Position numbers and translations under genes: made by a program. A DNA stretch of 64,000 nt from the NCBI RefSeq assembly GCF_009914755.1, contig NC_060948.1. The stretch is one strand, 5' to 3'. The notes under the pieces were generated by a model, which worked only from the letters and a program-made list of their open reading frames with translations, was not told the DNA's origin and did no database searches. Below are positions 27,021 through 41,342 of this stretch, piece after piece (the first letter of the stretch is position 1; each line of letters begins with the position of its first letter). Source of the stretch: the human T2T-CHM13v2.0 reference genome, Homo sapiens.

Positions 27021-30000
27021 AGGCCTGGAATAAAGTGGAATGCTACGGTCTCGAATGGAATAAAAATGTATGGAATGGAATGCAATGAAACGGAATCGAA
27101 TGTCATAGAATGTAATGGAATGCAAAAAAATTGGAATCCAAAATCATTGACTGGAAAGGCTGGGTGTCGAAAGGAATTGACTCCAATGGAATGGAATCGA
27201 ATGGAATGGAAGTGAATAGAATCGAACTAAATCGAATGGAATGGAATTGATAGGAACGGAATGGAAAGGAATGCAATGATTTGGCATGGAATGGAATCGA
27301 ATGGCATCGAATGGAATGGAATGGAATGCAATGGAATGGAATGTATTAGAATGTAATGAACTTTAATGGAATGTACTCGAATGGATTCGACTGGAATGGA
27401 ATGTTCTGGAAGTGAATGGACTCCAATGGAATGGATTCAAAAGGAATGGAATCGTACGGAATGGAATCTAATGGAATGGAATTAAATGGAAATGAATCAA
27501 ATTGAATAGCACGGAATTGAATTGAATGGAATGGAATGCAATGGAATCTAATGAAACGGAAAGGAAAGGAATGGAATGGAATGGAATGGGCTGGAATGGA
27601 AAGGAATCGAAACGAATGGAATGGAATCGAACTGAAGAGACTGGAATGGAATGCACTGGAATGGAAGGGAGTGTAATGGAAGGTTCTCGAAAAAAATGGA
27701 ATCGAATGGAATGGAATTGAATGGAACGGAATAGAGTCGAATGGAATTGAATGGAATGGAATGGACTAGAGTGAAATGGAATCGAACCACAAGGAATGGA
27801 CAGGAATAGAATGGTCTCGAATTGAATGGAATCGTATGGAATGGCATCAAACGGAATGGAATGGACAGCCACGGAATGGAATGCACTCGAATGCAATGGA
27901 GTCGAAACAAATGGACTGGAATAGAATGGACTCGACTGGTACGGACTCCAATGGAATGGAATCGAATGGAAGGGAATCGAACGGAAGGGAATCGAACGGA
28001 ATGGACTCGAAGGGAAAAGACTGCAATGGAAAGGTCTCGAATGGAATGGAAATTAATGGAATGGAATGGAATCGAATGAAATGGAGTCAAAAGGAATGGA
28101 ATCGAATGGCAAGAAATCGAATGTAATGGAATCGCCAGGAATTGATGTGAACGGAACGGAATGGAATGGAATCCAATGGAATGGAATACAATGGAATGGA
28201 ATCGAATGGAAAGGACTCGAATGGAAATCACTCGAATAGAATGCAATTTAATAAAATAGGATCAAATGTAATGGAATGGAATGGAAAGGAATTGAAACGA
28301 AAGGAATGGAGACAGATGGAATGGAATGGAACAGAGAGCAATGGTATAGAATGGAATGGAATCATCTGGAATGGAATTGAATGGAATGGAATAATATGAA
28401 ATGGAATGGAATGGAATGGAATGGAATGCCCTTGAATTAAATGGACTGGAATGGAAGGGACTCAAACAGAGTGGAATGGAAAGTGTGGAGATAGAATGGA
28501 ATGAACTCCTTTGGAATGGTGTAGTATGCAATGCAATCGACTGGCAGGGAATCAAAAGGAATGTAATCGAATGGATTGGACTGGAATGCAATGGACTCGA
28601 ATAGATTGGAAACGGAATGCAAAGGAATGGAATGGAATAGTATGGAATGCAATGGAAGGGAATGGAGTGGAATAGACTAGAGTGGAATGGAATGGACTGG
28701 AAAGCAATGGACTGGAATGGAACTTTCTTGGATGGACTGGAATCAAACGGAATGGAATGCAATGCAATCAAATGGCATGGAATAAAATAGAATGAAAGAG
28801 AATCAAATGGAATTGAATCGAATGGAATCGAATGGATTGGAAAGGAATAGAATGGAATGGAATGGAATTGACTCAAATGGAATGGACTAGAATGGAATGG
28901 ATTCGAATGGAAGGCAAAGGAATGGAATCTATTGGAATGGACTGTAATGGAATGGAATGGAAGGGATTGGAATGGACTCGAATGGAATGGACTGCCATAG
29001 AAAGGATTCGAATGGAATGAAAAAGAATTGAATGGAATAGAACAGAATGGAATCAAATCGAATGAAATGGAATGGAATAGAAAGGAATGGAATGAAATGG
29101 AATGGAAAGGATTCGAATGGAATGCAATCGAATGGAATGGAATCGAACGGAATGGAATAAAATGGAAGAAAACTGGCAAGAAATGGAATCGAAATGAATG
29201 GAGTGTTATGGAACGGACTCAAAAGGAATTGAATGTAATAGAATGGAGTGGAGTGGACTCGAATATAATGGACTGGAATGGAATGAAATCACATGGAATG
29301 GGAACGAATGGAATGGAATGGAAAGGAATGGAATCGAATGGAAAGGAATCGAATGGAAGGGAATGAAATTGAATCAACACGAATGGAAGGGAATAGAATA
29401 GACTGTAATGGAATGGACTCGAATAGAATGGACACGAATGCTCAAATTGAATGGACTCGAATGGAATGGAAACGAAAGGAATGTCATCGAATGGAATTGA
29501 ATCGATTGGAATGAAATCGCATAGAATGGAGTGGAATCAAATGGAATTGAATCGAAAGGAAAGGAAGCGAATGGACTGAAATGAAATGGAATGGATTTGA
29601 ATGGAAAGTAATGCAATGGAATAGAATGGAACGAAATTTCACGGAATGGAATCAAACTGAATGGAATCAAATCAATGGAATCAAATCAAATGGAATGGAA
29701 AGGAATTGAATGGAGTAGATGGGATTGGATGGGATTGGAATGAAATGTACTGCAAAGGACTCGAATTTCATGAAACGGAATGGAATGAATTGGAACGGAA
29801 TGGACTCGAATGGAATGGAATGTCATGGGATGGCATCAAATGGAATGGCATCAAATGGAATGGAATCGAATGCAATGGAATGCTATGGAATGGAATGGAA
29901 TGCATTGGAATGGAATGTCCTCTAATGAAATGGATTCGAGTGGAATGGAATTGAATATAATGGAGTCGAATGAAATGGAATTGAAAGGAATGGGATCGAA

Positions 30001-30600
30001 TACAATGGAATATACTGGAATGTAACGTAATGAACTCGAATGTAATTGACTGGAATGGAATGTACATGAATGGAATGTAATCGAATGGAAAGTAATCCAA
30101 TGGAATAGAATCTAATGCAATAAAATCGACTCAGATAGAGTAGAATGTAATGGAATGGAGTGCAGTGCAATGGAATGGAATGGAATGGAATGCAATGGAA
30201 TGGAATGGAATGGAATGGAATGGAATGGAATGGAATGGGATGGAATGGTATGGAATGGTTAGTAATGGACTGGAGTGAAATGGACTGGAAAGGAATGGAC
30301 TCAAATTGAAAGGGCTCGAAAGGAATGGAGACAAATGGAATGGTCTGGAATGGAATGAACACGAATGTAATGCAACCCAATAGAATGGAATCGAATGGCA
30401 TGGAATATAAAGAAATGGAATCGAAGAGAATGGAAACAAATGGAATGGAATTGAATGGAATGGAATTGAATGGAATGGGAACGAATGGAGTGAAATTGTA
30501 TGCAGTAGAAGAGAATAGAATGGAATGCAAGCGAAAGGAAAGGAATGGATTGGAATGGAATGGAATTCATTGGAATGGAAGGGAATGTAGTGTAATGGAC
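27021..30600 (+). repeat. Unit U8, 3580 bp
   Basis: AGGCCT 27021 to 30601; 1-bp T insertion near 27131. Confidence 0.9.
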
Positions 30601-33600
30601 AGGCCTGGAATAAAGTGGAATGCTACGGTCTCGAATGGAATAAAAATGTATGGAATGGAATGCAATGAAACGGAATCGAATGTCATAGAATGTAATGGAA
30701 TGCAAAAAAATGGAATCCAAAATCATTGACTGGAAAGGCTGGGTGTCGAAAGGAATTGACTCCAATGGAATGGAATCGAATGGAATGGAAGTGAATAGAA
30801 TCGAACTAAATCGAATGGAATGGAATTGATAGGAACGGAATGGAAAGGAATGCAATGATTTGGCATGGAATGGAATCGAATGGCATCGAATGGAATGGAA
30901 TGGAATGCAATGGAATGGAATGTATTAGAATGTAATGAACTTTAATGGAATGTACTCGAATGGATTCGACTGGAATGGAATGTTCTGGAAGTGAATGGAC
31001 TCCAATGGAATGGATTCAAAAGGAATGGAATCGTACGGAATGGAATCTAATGGAATGGAATTAAATGGAAATGAATCAAATTGAATAGCACGGAATTGAA
31101 TTGAATGGAATGGAATGCAATGGAATCTAATGAAACGGAAAGGAAAGGAATGGAATGGAATGGAATGGGCTGGAATGGAAAGGAATCGAAATGAATGGAA
31201 TGGAATCGAACTGAAGAGACTGGAATGGAATGCACTGGAATGGAAGGGAGTGTAATGGAAGGTTCTCGAAAAAAATGGAATCGAATGGAATGGAATTGAA
31301 TGGAACGGAATAGAGTCGAATGGAATTGAATGGAATGGAATGGTCTAGAGTGAAATGGAATCGAACCACAAGGAATGGACAGGAATAGAATGGTCTCGAA
31401 TTGAATGGAATCGTATGGAATGGCATCAAACGGAATGGAATGGACAGCCACGGAATGGAATGCACTCGAATGCAATGGAGTCGAAACTAATGGACTGGAA
31501 TAGAATGGACTCGACTGGTACGGACTCCAATGGAATGGAATCGAATGGAAGGGAATCGAACGGAATGGAATCGAACGGAATGGACTCGAAGGGAAAAGAC
31601 TGCAATGGAAAGGTCTCGAATGGAATGGAAATTAATGGAATGGAATGGAATCGAATGAAATGGAGTCAAAAGGAATGGAATCGAATGGCAAGAAATCGAA
31701 TGTAATGGAATCGCCAGGAATTGATGTGAACGGAACGGAATGGAATGGAATCCAAAGGAATGGAATAGAATGGAATGGAATCGAATGGAAAGGACTCGAA
31801 TGGAAATCACTCGAATAGAATGCAATTTAATAAAATAGGATCAAATGTAATGGAATGGAATGGAAAGGAATCGAAACGAAAGGAATGGAGACAGATGGAA
31901 TGGAATGGAACAGAGAGCAATGGTATAGAATGGAATGGAATCATCTGGAATGGAATTGAATGGAATGGAATAATATGAAATGGAATGGAATGGAATGGAA
32001 TGGAATGCCCTTGAATTAAATGGACTGGAATGGAATGGACTCAAACAGAGTGGAATGGAAAGTGTGGAGATAGAATGGAATGAACTCCTTTGGAATGGTG
32101 TAGTATGCAATGCAATCGACTGGCAGGGAATCAAAAGGAATGTAATCGAATGGATTGGACTGGAAGGCAATGGACTCGAATAGATTGGAAACGGAATGCA
32201 AAGGAATGGAATGGAATAGTATGGAATGCAATGGAAGGGAATGGAGTGGAATAGACTAGAGTGGAATGGAATGGACTGGAAAGCAATGGACTGGAATGGA
32301 ACTTTCTTGGATGGACTGGAATCAAACGGAATGGAATGCAGAGCAATCAAATGGCATGGAATAAAATAGAATGAAAGAGAATCAAATGGAATTGAATCGA
32401 ATGGAATCGAATGGATTGGAAAGGAATAGAATGGAATGGAATGGAATTGACTCAAATGGAATGGACTAGAATGGAATGGATTCGAATGGAAGGCAAAGGA
32501 ATGGAATCTATTGGAATGGACTGTAATGGAATGGAATGGAAGGGATTGGAATGGACTCGAATGGAATGGACTGCAATAGAAAGGATTCGAATGGAATGAA
32601 AAAGAATTGAATGGAATAGGACAGAATGGAATCAAATCGAATGAAATGGAATGGAATAGAAAGGAATGGAATGAAATGGAATGGAAAGGATTCGAATGGA
32701 ATGCAATCGAATGGAATGGAATCGAACGGAATGGAATAAAATGGAAGAAAACTGGCAAGAAATGGAATCGAAATGAATGGAGTGTTATGGAACGGACTCA
32801 AAAGGAATTGAATGTAATAGAATGGAGTGGAGTGGACTCGAATATAATGGACTGGAATGGAATGAAATCACATGGAATGGGAACGAATGGAATGGAATGG
32901 AAAGGAATCGAATGGAAGGGAATGAAATTGAATCAACACGAATGGAAGGGAATAGAATAGACTGTAATGGAATGGACTCGAATAGAATGGACACGAATGC
33001 TCAAATTAAATGGACTCGAATGGAATGGAAACGAAAGGAATGTCATCGAATGGAATTGAATCGATTGGAATGAAATCGCATAGAATGGAGTGGAATCAAA
33101 TGGAATTGAATCGAAAGGAAAGGAAGCGAATGGACTGAAATGAAATGGAATGGAATTGAATGGAAAGTAATGCAATGGAATAGAATGGAACGAAATTTCA
33201 CGGAATGGAATCAAACTGAATGGAATCAAATCAATGGAATCAAATCAAATGGAATGGAAAGGAATTGAATGGAGTAGATGGGATTGGATGGGATTGGAAT
33301 GAAATGTACTGGAAAGGACTCGAATTTCATGAAACGGAATGGAATGAATTGGAACGGAATGGACTCGAATGGAATGGAATGTCATGGGAAGGCATCAAAT
33401 GGAAGGACATCAAATGGAATGGAATCGAATGCAATGGAATGCTATGGAATGGAATGGAATGCATTGGAATGGAATGTCCTCTAAAGGAATGGATTCGAGT
33501 GGAATGGAATTGAATATAATGGAGTCGAATGAAATGGAATTGAAAGGAATGGGATCGAATACAATGGAATATACTGGAATGTAACGTAATGAACTCGAAG

Positions 33601-34174
33601 GTAATTGACTGGAATGGAATGTACATGAATGGAATGTAATCGAATGGAAAGTAATCCAATGGAATAGAATCTAATGCAATAAAATCGACTCAGATAGAGT
33701 AGAATGTAATGGAATGGAGTGCAGGGCAATGGAATGGAATGGAATGGAATGCAATGGAATGGAATGGAATGGAATGGAATGGAATGGAATGGAATGGAAT
33801 GGAATGGAATGGGATGGAATGGTATGGAATGGATAGTAATGGACTGGAGTGAAATGGACTGGAAAGGAATGGACTCAAATTGAAAGGGCTCGAAAGGAAT
33901 GGAGTCAAATGGAATGGTCTGGAATGGAATGAACACGAATGTAATGCAACCCAATAGAATGGAATCGAATGGCATGGAATATAAAGAAATGGAATCGAAG
34001 AGAATGGAAACAAATGGAATGGAATTGAATGGAATGGAATTGAATGGAATGGGAACGAATGGAGTGAAATTGTATGCAGTAGAAGGGAATAGAATGCAAT
34101 GCAAGCGAAAGGAAAGGAATGGATTGGAATGGAATGGAATTCATTGGAATGGAAGGGAATGTAGTGTAATGGAC
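30601..34174 (+). repeat. Unit U9, 3574 bp (XbaI+)
   Basis: AGGCCT 30601 to 34175; TCTAGA 31344. Confidence 0.9.
33753..33812 (+). repeat. Longest pure (AATGG)12 microsatellite-like tract (variable-length tract present once per unit)
   Basis: Twelve perfect AATGG copies between ...GAATGC and GATGG...; homologous tracts counted in other units have 7-11 copies. Confidence 0.8.
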
Positions 34175-37100
34175 AGGCCTGGAATAAAGTGGAATGCTAC
34201 GGTCTCGAATGGAATAAAAATGTATGGAATGGAATGCAATGAAACGGAATTGAATGTCATAGAATGTAATGGAATGCAAAAAAATGGAATCCAAAATCAT
34301 TGACTGGAAAGGCTGGGTGTCGAAAGGAATTGACTCCAATGGAATGGAATCGAATGGAATGGAAGTGAATAGAATCGAACTAAATCGAATGGAATGGAAT
34401 TGATAGGAACGGAATGGAAAGGAATGCAATGATTTGGCATGGAATGGAATCGAATGGCATCGAATGGAATGGAATGGAATGCAATGGAATGGAATGTATT
34501 AGAATGTAATGAACTTTAATGGAATGTACTCGAATGGATTCGACTGGAATGGAATGTTGTGGAAGTGAATGGACTCCAATGGAATGGATTCAAAAGGAAT
34601 GGAATCGTACGGAATGGAATCTAATGGAATGGAATTAAATGGAAATGAATCAAATTGAATAGCACGGAATTGAATTGAATGGAATGGAATGCAATGGAAT
34701 CTAATGAAACGGAAAGGAAAGGAATGGAATGGAATGGAATGGGCTGGAATGGAAAGGAATCGAAACGAATGGAATGGAATCGAACTGAAGAGACTGGAAT
34801 GGAATGCACTGGAATGGAAGGGAGTGTAATGGAAGGTTGTCGAAAAAAATGGAATCGAATGGAATGGAATTGAATGGAACGGAATAGAGTCGAATGGAAT
34901 TGAATGGAATGGAATGGACTAGAGTGAAATGGAATCGAACCACAAGGAATGGACAGGAATAGAATGGTCTCGAATTGAATGGAATCGTATGGAATGGCAT
35001 CAAACGGAATGGAATGGACAGCCACGGAATGGAATGCACTCGAATGCAATGGAGTCGAAACTAATGGACTGGAATAGAATGGACTCGACTGGTACGGACT
35101 CCAATGGAATGGAATCGAATGGAAGGGAATCGAACGGAAGGGAATCGAACGGAATGGACTCGAAGGGAAAAGACTGCAATGGAAAGGTCTCGAATGGAAT
35201 GGAAATTAATGGAATGGAATCGAATCGAATGAAATGGAGTCAAAAGGAATGGAATCGAATGGCAAGAAATCGAATGTAATGGAATCGCCAGGAATTGATG
35301 TGAACGGAACGGAATGGAATGGAATCCAAAGGAATGGAATAGAATGGAATGGAATCGAATGGAAAGGACTCGAATGGAAATCACTCGAATAGAATGCAAT
35401 TTAATAAAATAGGATCAAATGTAATGGAATGGAATGGAAAGGAATCGAAACGAAAGGAATGGAGACAGATGGAATGGAATGGAACAGAGAGCAATGGTAT
35501 AGAATGGAATGGAATCATCTGGAATGGAATTGAATGGAATGGAATAATATGAAATGGAATGGAATGGAATGGAATGGAATGCCCTTGAATTAAATGGACT
35601 GGAATGGAATGGACTCAAACAGAGTGGAATGGAAAGTGTGGAGATAGAATGGAATGAACTCCTTTGGAATGGTGTAGTATGCAATGCAATCGACTGGCAG
35701 GGAATCAAAAGGAATGTAATCGAATGGATTGGACTGGAATGCAATGGACTCGAATAGATTGGAAACGGAATGCAAAGGAATGGAATGGAATAGTATGGAA
35801 TGCAATGGAAGGGAATGGAGTGGAATAGACTAGAGTGGAATGGAATGGACTGGAAATCAATGGACTGGAATGGAACTTTCTTGGATGGACTGGAATCAAA
35901 CGGAATGGAATGCAATGCAATCAAATGGCATGGAATAAAATAGAATGAAAGAGAATCAAATGGAATTGAATCGAATGGAATCGAATGGATTGGAAAGGAA
36001 TAGAATGGAATGGAATGGAATTGACTCAAATGGAATGGACTAGAATGGAATGGATTCGAATGGAAGGCAAAGGAATGGAATCTATTGGAATGGACTGTAA
36101 TGGAATGGAATGGAAGGGATTGGAATGTACTCGAATGGAGTGGACTGCAATAGAAAGGATTCGAATGGAATGAAAAAGAATTGAATGGAATAGAACAGAA
36201 TGGAATCAAATCGAATGAAATGGAATGGAATAGAAAGGAATGGAATGAAATGGAATGGAAAGGATTCGAATGGAATGCAATCGAATGGAATGGAATCGAA
36301 CGGAATGGAATAAAATGGAAGAAAACTGGCAAGAAATGGAATCGAAATGAATGGAGTGTTATGGAACGGACTCAAAAGGAATTGAGTGTAATAGAATGGA
36401 GTGGAGTGGACTCGAATATAATGGACTGGAATGGAATGAAATCACATGGAATGGGAACGAATGGAATGGAATGGAAAGGAATGGAATCGAATGGAAAGGA
36501 ATCGAATGGAAGGGAATGAAATTGAATCAACAGGAATGGAAGGGAATAGAATAGACTGTAATGGAATGGACTCGAATAGAATGGACACGAATGCTCAAAT
36601 TAAATGGACTCGAATGGAATGGAAACGAAAGGAATGTCATCGAATGGAATTGAATCGATTGGAATGAAATCGCATAGAATGGAGTGGAATCAAATGGAAT
36701 TGAATCGAAAGGAAAGGAAGCGAATGGACTGAAATGAAATGGAATGGATTTGAATGGAAAGTAATGCAATGGAATAGAATGGAACGAAATTTCACGGAAT
36801 GGAATCAAACTGAATGGAATCAAATCAATGGAATCAAATCAAATGGAATGGAAAGGAATTGAATGGAGTAGATGGGATTGGATGGGATTGGAATGAAATG
36901 TACTGCAAAGGACTCGAATTTCATGAAACGGAATGGAATGAATTGGAACGGAATGGACTCGAATGGAATGGAATGTCATGGGATGGCATCAAATGGAATG
37001 GCATCAAATGGAATGGAATCGAATGCAATGGAATGCTATGGAATGGAATGGAATGCATTGGAATGGAATGTCCTCTAATGAAATGGATTCGAGTGGAATG

Positions 37101-37758
37101 GAATTGAATATAATGGAGTCGAATGAAATGGAATTGAAAGGAATGGGATCGAATACAATGGAATATACTGGAATGTAACGTAATGAACTCGAATGTAATT
37201 GACTGGAATGGAATGTACATGAATGGAATGTAATCGAATGGAAAGTAATCCAATGGAATAGAATCTAATGCAATAAAATCGACTCAGATAGAGTAGAATG
37301 TAATGGAATGGAGTGCAGTGCAATGGAATGGAATGGAATGGAATGCAATGGAATGGAATGGAATGGAATGGAATGGAATGGAATGGAATGGAATGGGATG
37401 GAATGGTATGGAATGGATAGTAATGGACTGGAGTGAAATGGACTGGAAAGGAATGGACTCAAATTGAAAGGGCTCGAAAGGAATGGAGTCAAATGGAATG
37501 GTCTGGAATGGAATGAACACGAATGTAATGCAACCCAATAGAATGGAATCGAATGGCATGGAATATAAAGAAATGGAATCGAAGAGAATGGAAACAAATG
37601 GAATGGAATTGAATGGAATGGAATTGAATGGAATGGGAACGAATGGAGTGAAATTGTATGCAGTAGAAGAGAATAGAATGGAATGCAAGCGAAAGGAAAG
37701 GAATGGATTGGAATGGAATGGAATTCATTGGAATGGAAGGGAATGTAGTGTAATGGAC
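34175..37758 (+). repeat. Unit U10, 3584 bp (both conserved HSE motifs mutated)
   Basis: AGGCCT 34175 to 37759; TTC->TTG at 34559 and 34839. Confidence 0.9.
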
Positions 37759-40700
37759 AGGCCTGGAATAAAGTGGAATGCTACGGTCTCGAATGGAATA
37801 AAAATGTATGGAATGGAATGCAATGAAACGGAATCGAATGTCATAGAATGTAATGGAATGCAAAAAAATGGAATCCAAAATCATTGACTGGAAAGGCTGG
37901 GTGTCGAAAGGAATTGACTCCAATGGAATGGAATCGAATGGAATGGAAGTGAATAGAATCGAACTAAATCGAATGGAATGGAATTGATAGGAACGGAATG
38001 GAAAGGAATGCAATGATTTGGCATGGAATGGAATCGAATGGCATCGAATGGAATGGAATGGAATGCAATGGAATGGAATGTATTAGAATGTAATGAACTT
38101 TAATGGAATGTACTCGAATGGATTCGACTGGAATGGAATGTTCTGGAAGTGAATGGACTCCAATGGAATGGATTCAAAAGGAATGGAATCGTACGGAATG
38201 GAATCTAATGGAATGGAATTAAATGGAAATGAATCAAATTGAATAGCACGGAATTGAATTGAATGGAATGGAATGCAATGGAATCTAATGAAACGGAAAG
38301 GAAAGGAATGGAATGGAATGGAATGGGCTGGAATGGAAAGGAATCGAAACGAATGGAATGGAATCGAACTGAAGAGACTGGAATGGAATGCACTGGAATG
38401 GAAGGGAGTGTAATGGAAGGTTCTCGAAAAAAATGGAATCGAATGGAATGGAATTGAATGGAACGGAATAGAGTCGAATGGAATTGAATGGAATGGAATG
38501 GACTAGAGTGAAATGGAATCGAACCAGAAGGAATGGACAGGAATAGAATGGTCTCGAATTGAATGGAATCGTATGGAATGGCATCAAACGGAATGGAATG
38601 GACAGCCACGGAATGGAATGCACTCGAATGCAATGGAGTCGAAACTAATGGACTGGAATAGAATGGACTCGACTGGTACGGACTCCAATGGAATGGAATC
38701 GAATGGAAGGGAATCGAACGGAAGGGAATCGAACGGAATGGACTCGAAGGGAAAAGACTGCAATGGAAAGGTCTCGAATGGAATTGAAATTAATGGAATG
38801 GAATGGAATCGAATGAAATGGAGTCAAAAGGAATGGAATCGAATGGCAAGAAATCGAATGTAATGGAATCGCCCGGAATTGATGTGAACGGAACGGAATG
38901 GAATGGAATCCAAAGGAATGGAATAGAATGGAATGGAATCGAATGGAAAGGACTCGAATGGAAATCACTCGAATAGAATGCAATTTAATAAAATAGGATC
39001 AAATGTAATGGAATGGAATGGAAAGGAATCGAAACGAAAGGAATGGAGACAGATGGAATGGAATGGAACAGAGAGCAATGGTATAGAATGGAATGGAATC
39101 ATCTGGAATGGAATTGAATGGAATGGAATAATATGAAATGGAATGGAATGGAATGGAATGGAATGCCCTTGAATTAAATGGACTGGAATGGAATGGACTC
39201 AAACAGAGTGGAATGGAAAGTGTGGAGATAGAATGGAATGAACTCCTTTGGAATGGTGTAGTATGCAATGCAATCGACTGGCAGGGAATCAAAAGGAATG
39301 TAATCGAATGGATTGAACTGGAATGCAATGGACTCGAATAGATTGGAAACGGAATGCAAAGGAATGGAATGGAATAGTATGGAATGCAATGGAAGGGAAT
39401 GGAGTGGAATAGACTAGAGTGGAATGGAATGGACTGGAAAGCAATGGACTGGAATGGAACTTTCTTGGATGGACTGGAATCAAACGGAATGGAATGCAAT
39501 GCAATCAAATGGCATGGAATAAAATAGAATGAAAGAGAATCAAATGGAATTGAATCGAATGGAATCGAATGGATTGGAAAGGAATAGAATGGAATGGAAT
39601 GGAATTGCCTCAAATGGAATGGACTAGAATGGAATGGATTCGAATGGAAGGCAAAGGAATGGAATCTATTGGAATGGACTGTAATGGAATGGAATGGAAG
39701 GGATTGGAATGGACTCGAATGGAATGGACTGCAATAGAAAGGATTCGAATGGAATGAAAAAGAATTGAATGGAATAGAACAGAATGGAATCAAATCGAAT
39801 GAAATGGAATGGAATAGAAAGGAATGGAATGAAATGGAATGGAAAGGATTCGAATGGAATGCAATCGAATGGAATGGAATCGAACGGAATGGAATAAAAT
39901 GGAAGAAAACTGGCAAGAAATGGAATCGAAATGAATGGAGTGTTATGGAACGGACTCAAAAGGAATTGAATGTAATAGAATGGAGTGGAGTGGACTCGAA
40001 TATAATGGAGTGGAATGGAATGAAATCACATGGAATGGGAACGAATGGAATGGAATGGAAAGGAATGGAATCGAATGGAAAGGAATCGAATGGAAGGGAA
40101 TGAAATTGAATCAACACGAATGGAAGGGAATAGAATAGAGTGTAATGGAATGGACTCGAATAGAATGGACACGAATGCTCAAATTAAATGGACTCGAATG
40201 GAATGGAAACGAAAGGAATGTCATCGAATGGAATTGAATCGATTGGAATGAAATCGCATAGAATGGAGTGGAATCAAATGGAATTGAATCGAAAGGAAAG
40301 GAAGCGAATGGACTGAAATGAAATGGAATGGAATTGAATGGAAAGTAATGCAATGGAATAGAATGGAACGAAATTTCACGGAATGGAATCAAACTGAATG
40401 GAATCAAATCAATGGAATCAAATCAAATGGAATGGAAAGGAATTGAATGGAGTAGATGGGATTGGATGGGATTGGAATGAAATGTACTGGAAAGGACTCG
40501 AATTTCATGAAACGGAATGGAATGAATTGGAACGGAATGGACTCGAATGGAATGGAATGTCATGGGATGGCATCAAATGGAATGGCATCAAATGGAATGG
40601 AATCGAATGCAATGGAATGCTATGGATTGGAATGGAATGCATTGGAATGGAATGTCCTCTAATGGAATGGATTCGAGTGGAATGGAATTGAATATAATGG

Positions 40701-41342
40701 AGTCGAATGAAATGGAATTGAAAGGAATGGGATCGAATACAATGGAATATACTGGAATGTAACGTAATGAACTCGAATGTAATTGACTGGAATGGAATGT
40801 ACATGAATGGAATGTAATCGAATGGAAAGTAATCCAATGGAATAGAATCTAATGCAATAAAATCGACTCAGATAGAGTAGAATGTAATGGAATGGAGTGC
40901 AGTGCAATGGAATGGAATGGAATGGAATGCAATGGAATGGAATGGAATGGAATGGAATGGAATGGAATGGAATGGAATGGGATGGAATGGTATGGAATGG
41001 ATAGTAATGGACTGGAGTGAAATGGACTGGAAAGGAATGGACTCAAATTGAAAGGGCTCGAAAGGAATGGAGTCAAATGGAATGGTCTGGAATGGAATGA
41101 ACACGAATGTAATGCAACCCAATAGAATGGAATCGAATGGCATGGAATATAAAGAAATGGAATCGAAGAGAATGGAAACAAATGGAATGGAATTGAATGG
41201 AATGGAATTGAATGGAATGGGAACGAATGGAGTGAAATTGTATGCAGTAGAAGAGAATAGAATGGAATGCAAGCGAAAGGAAAGGAATGGATTGGAATGG
41301 AATGGAATTCATTGGAATGGAAGGGAATGTAGTGTAATGGAC
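37759..41342 (+). repeat. Unit U11, 3584 bp
   Basis: AGGCCT 37759 to 41343. Confidence 0.9.
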
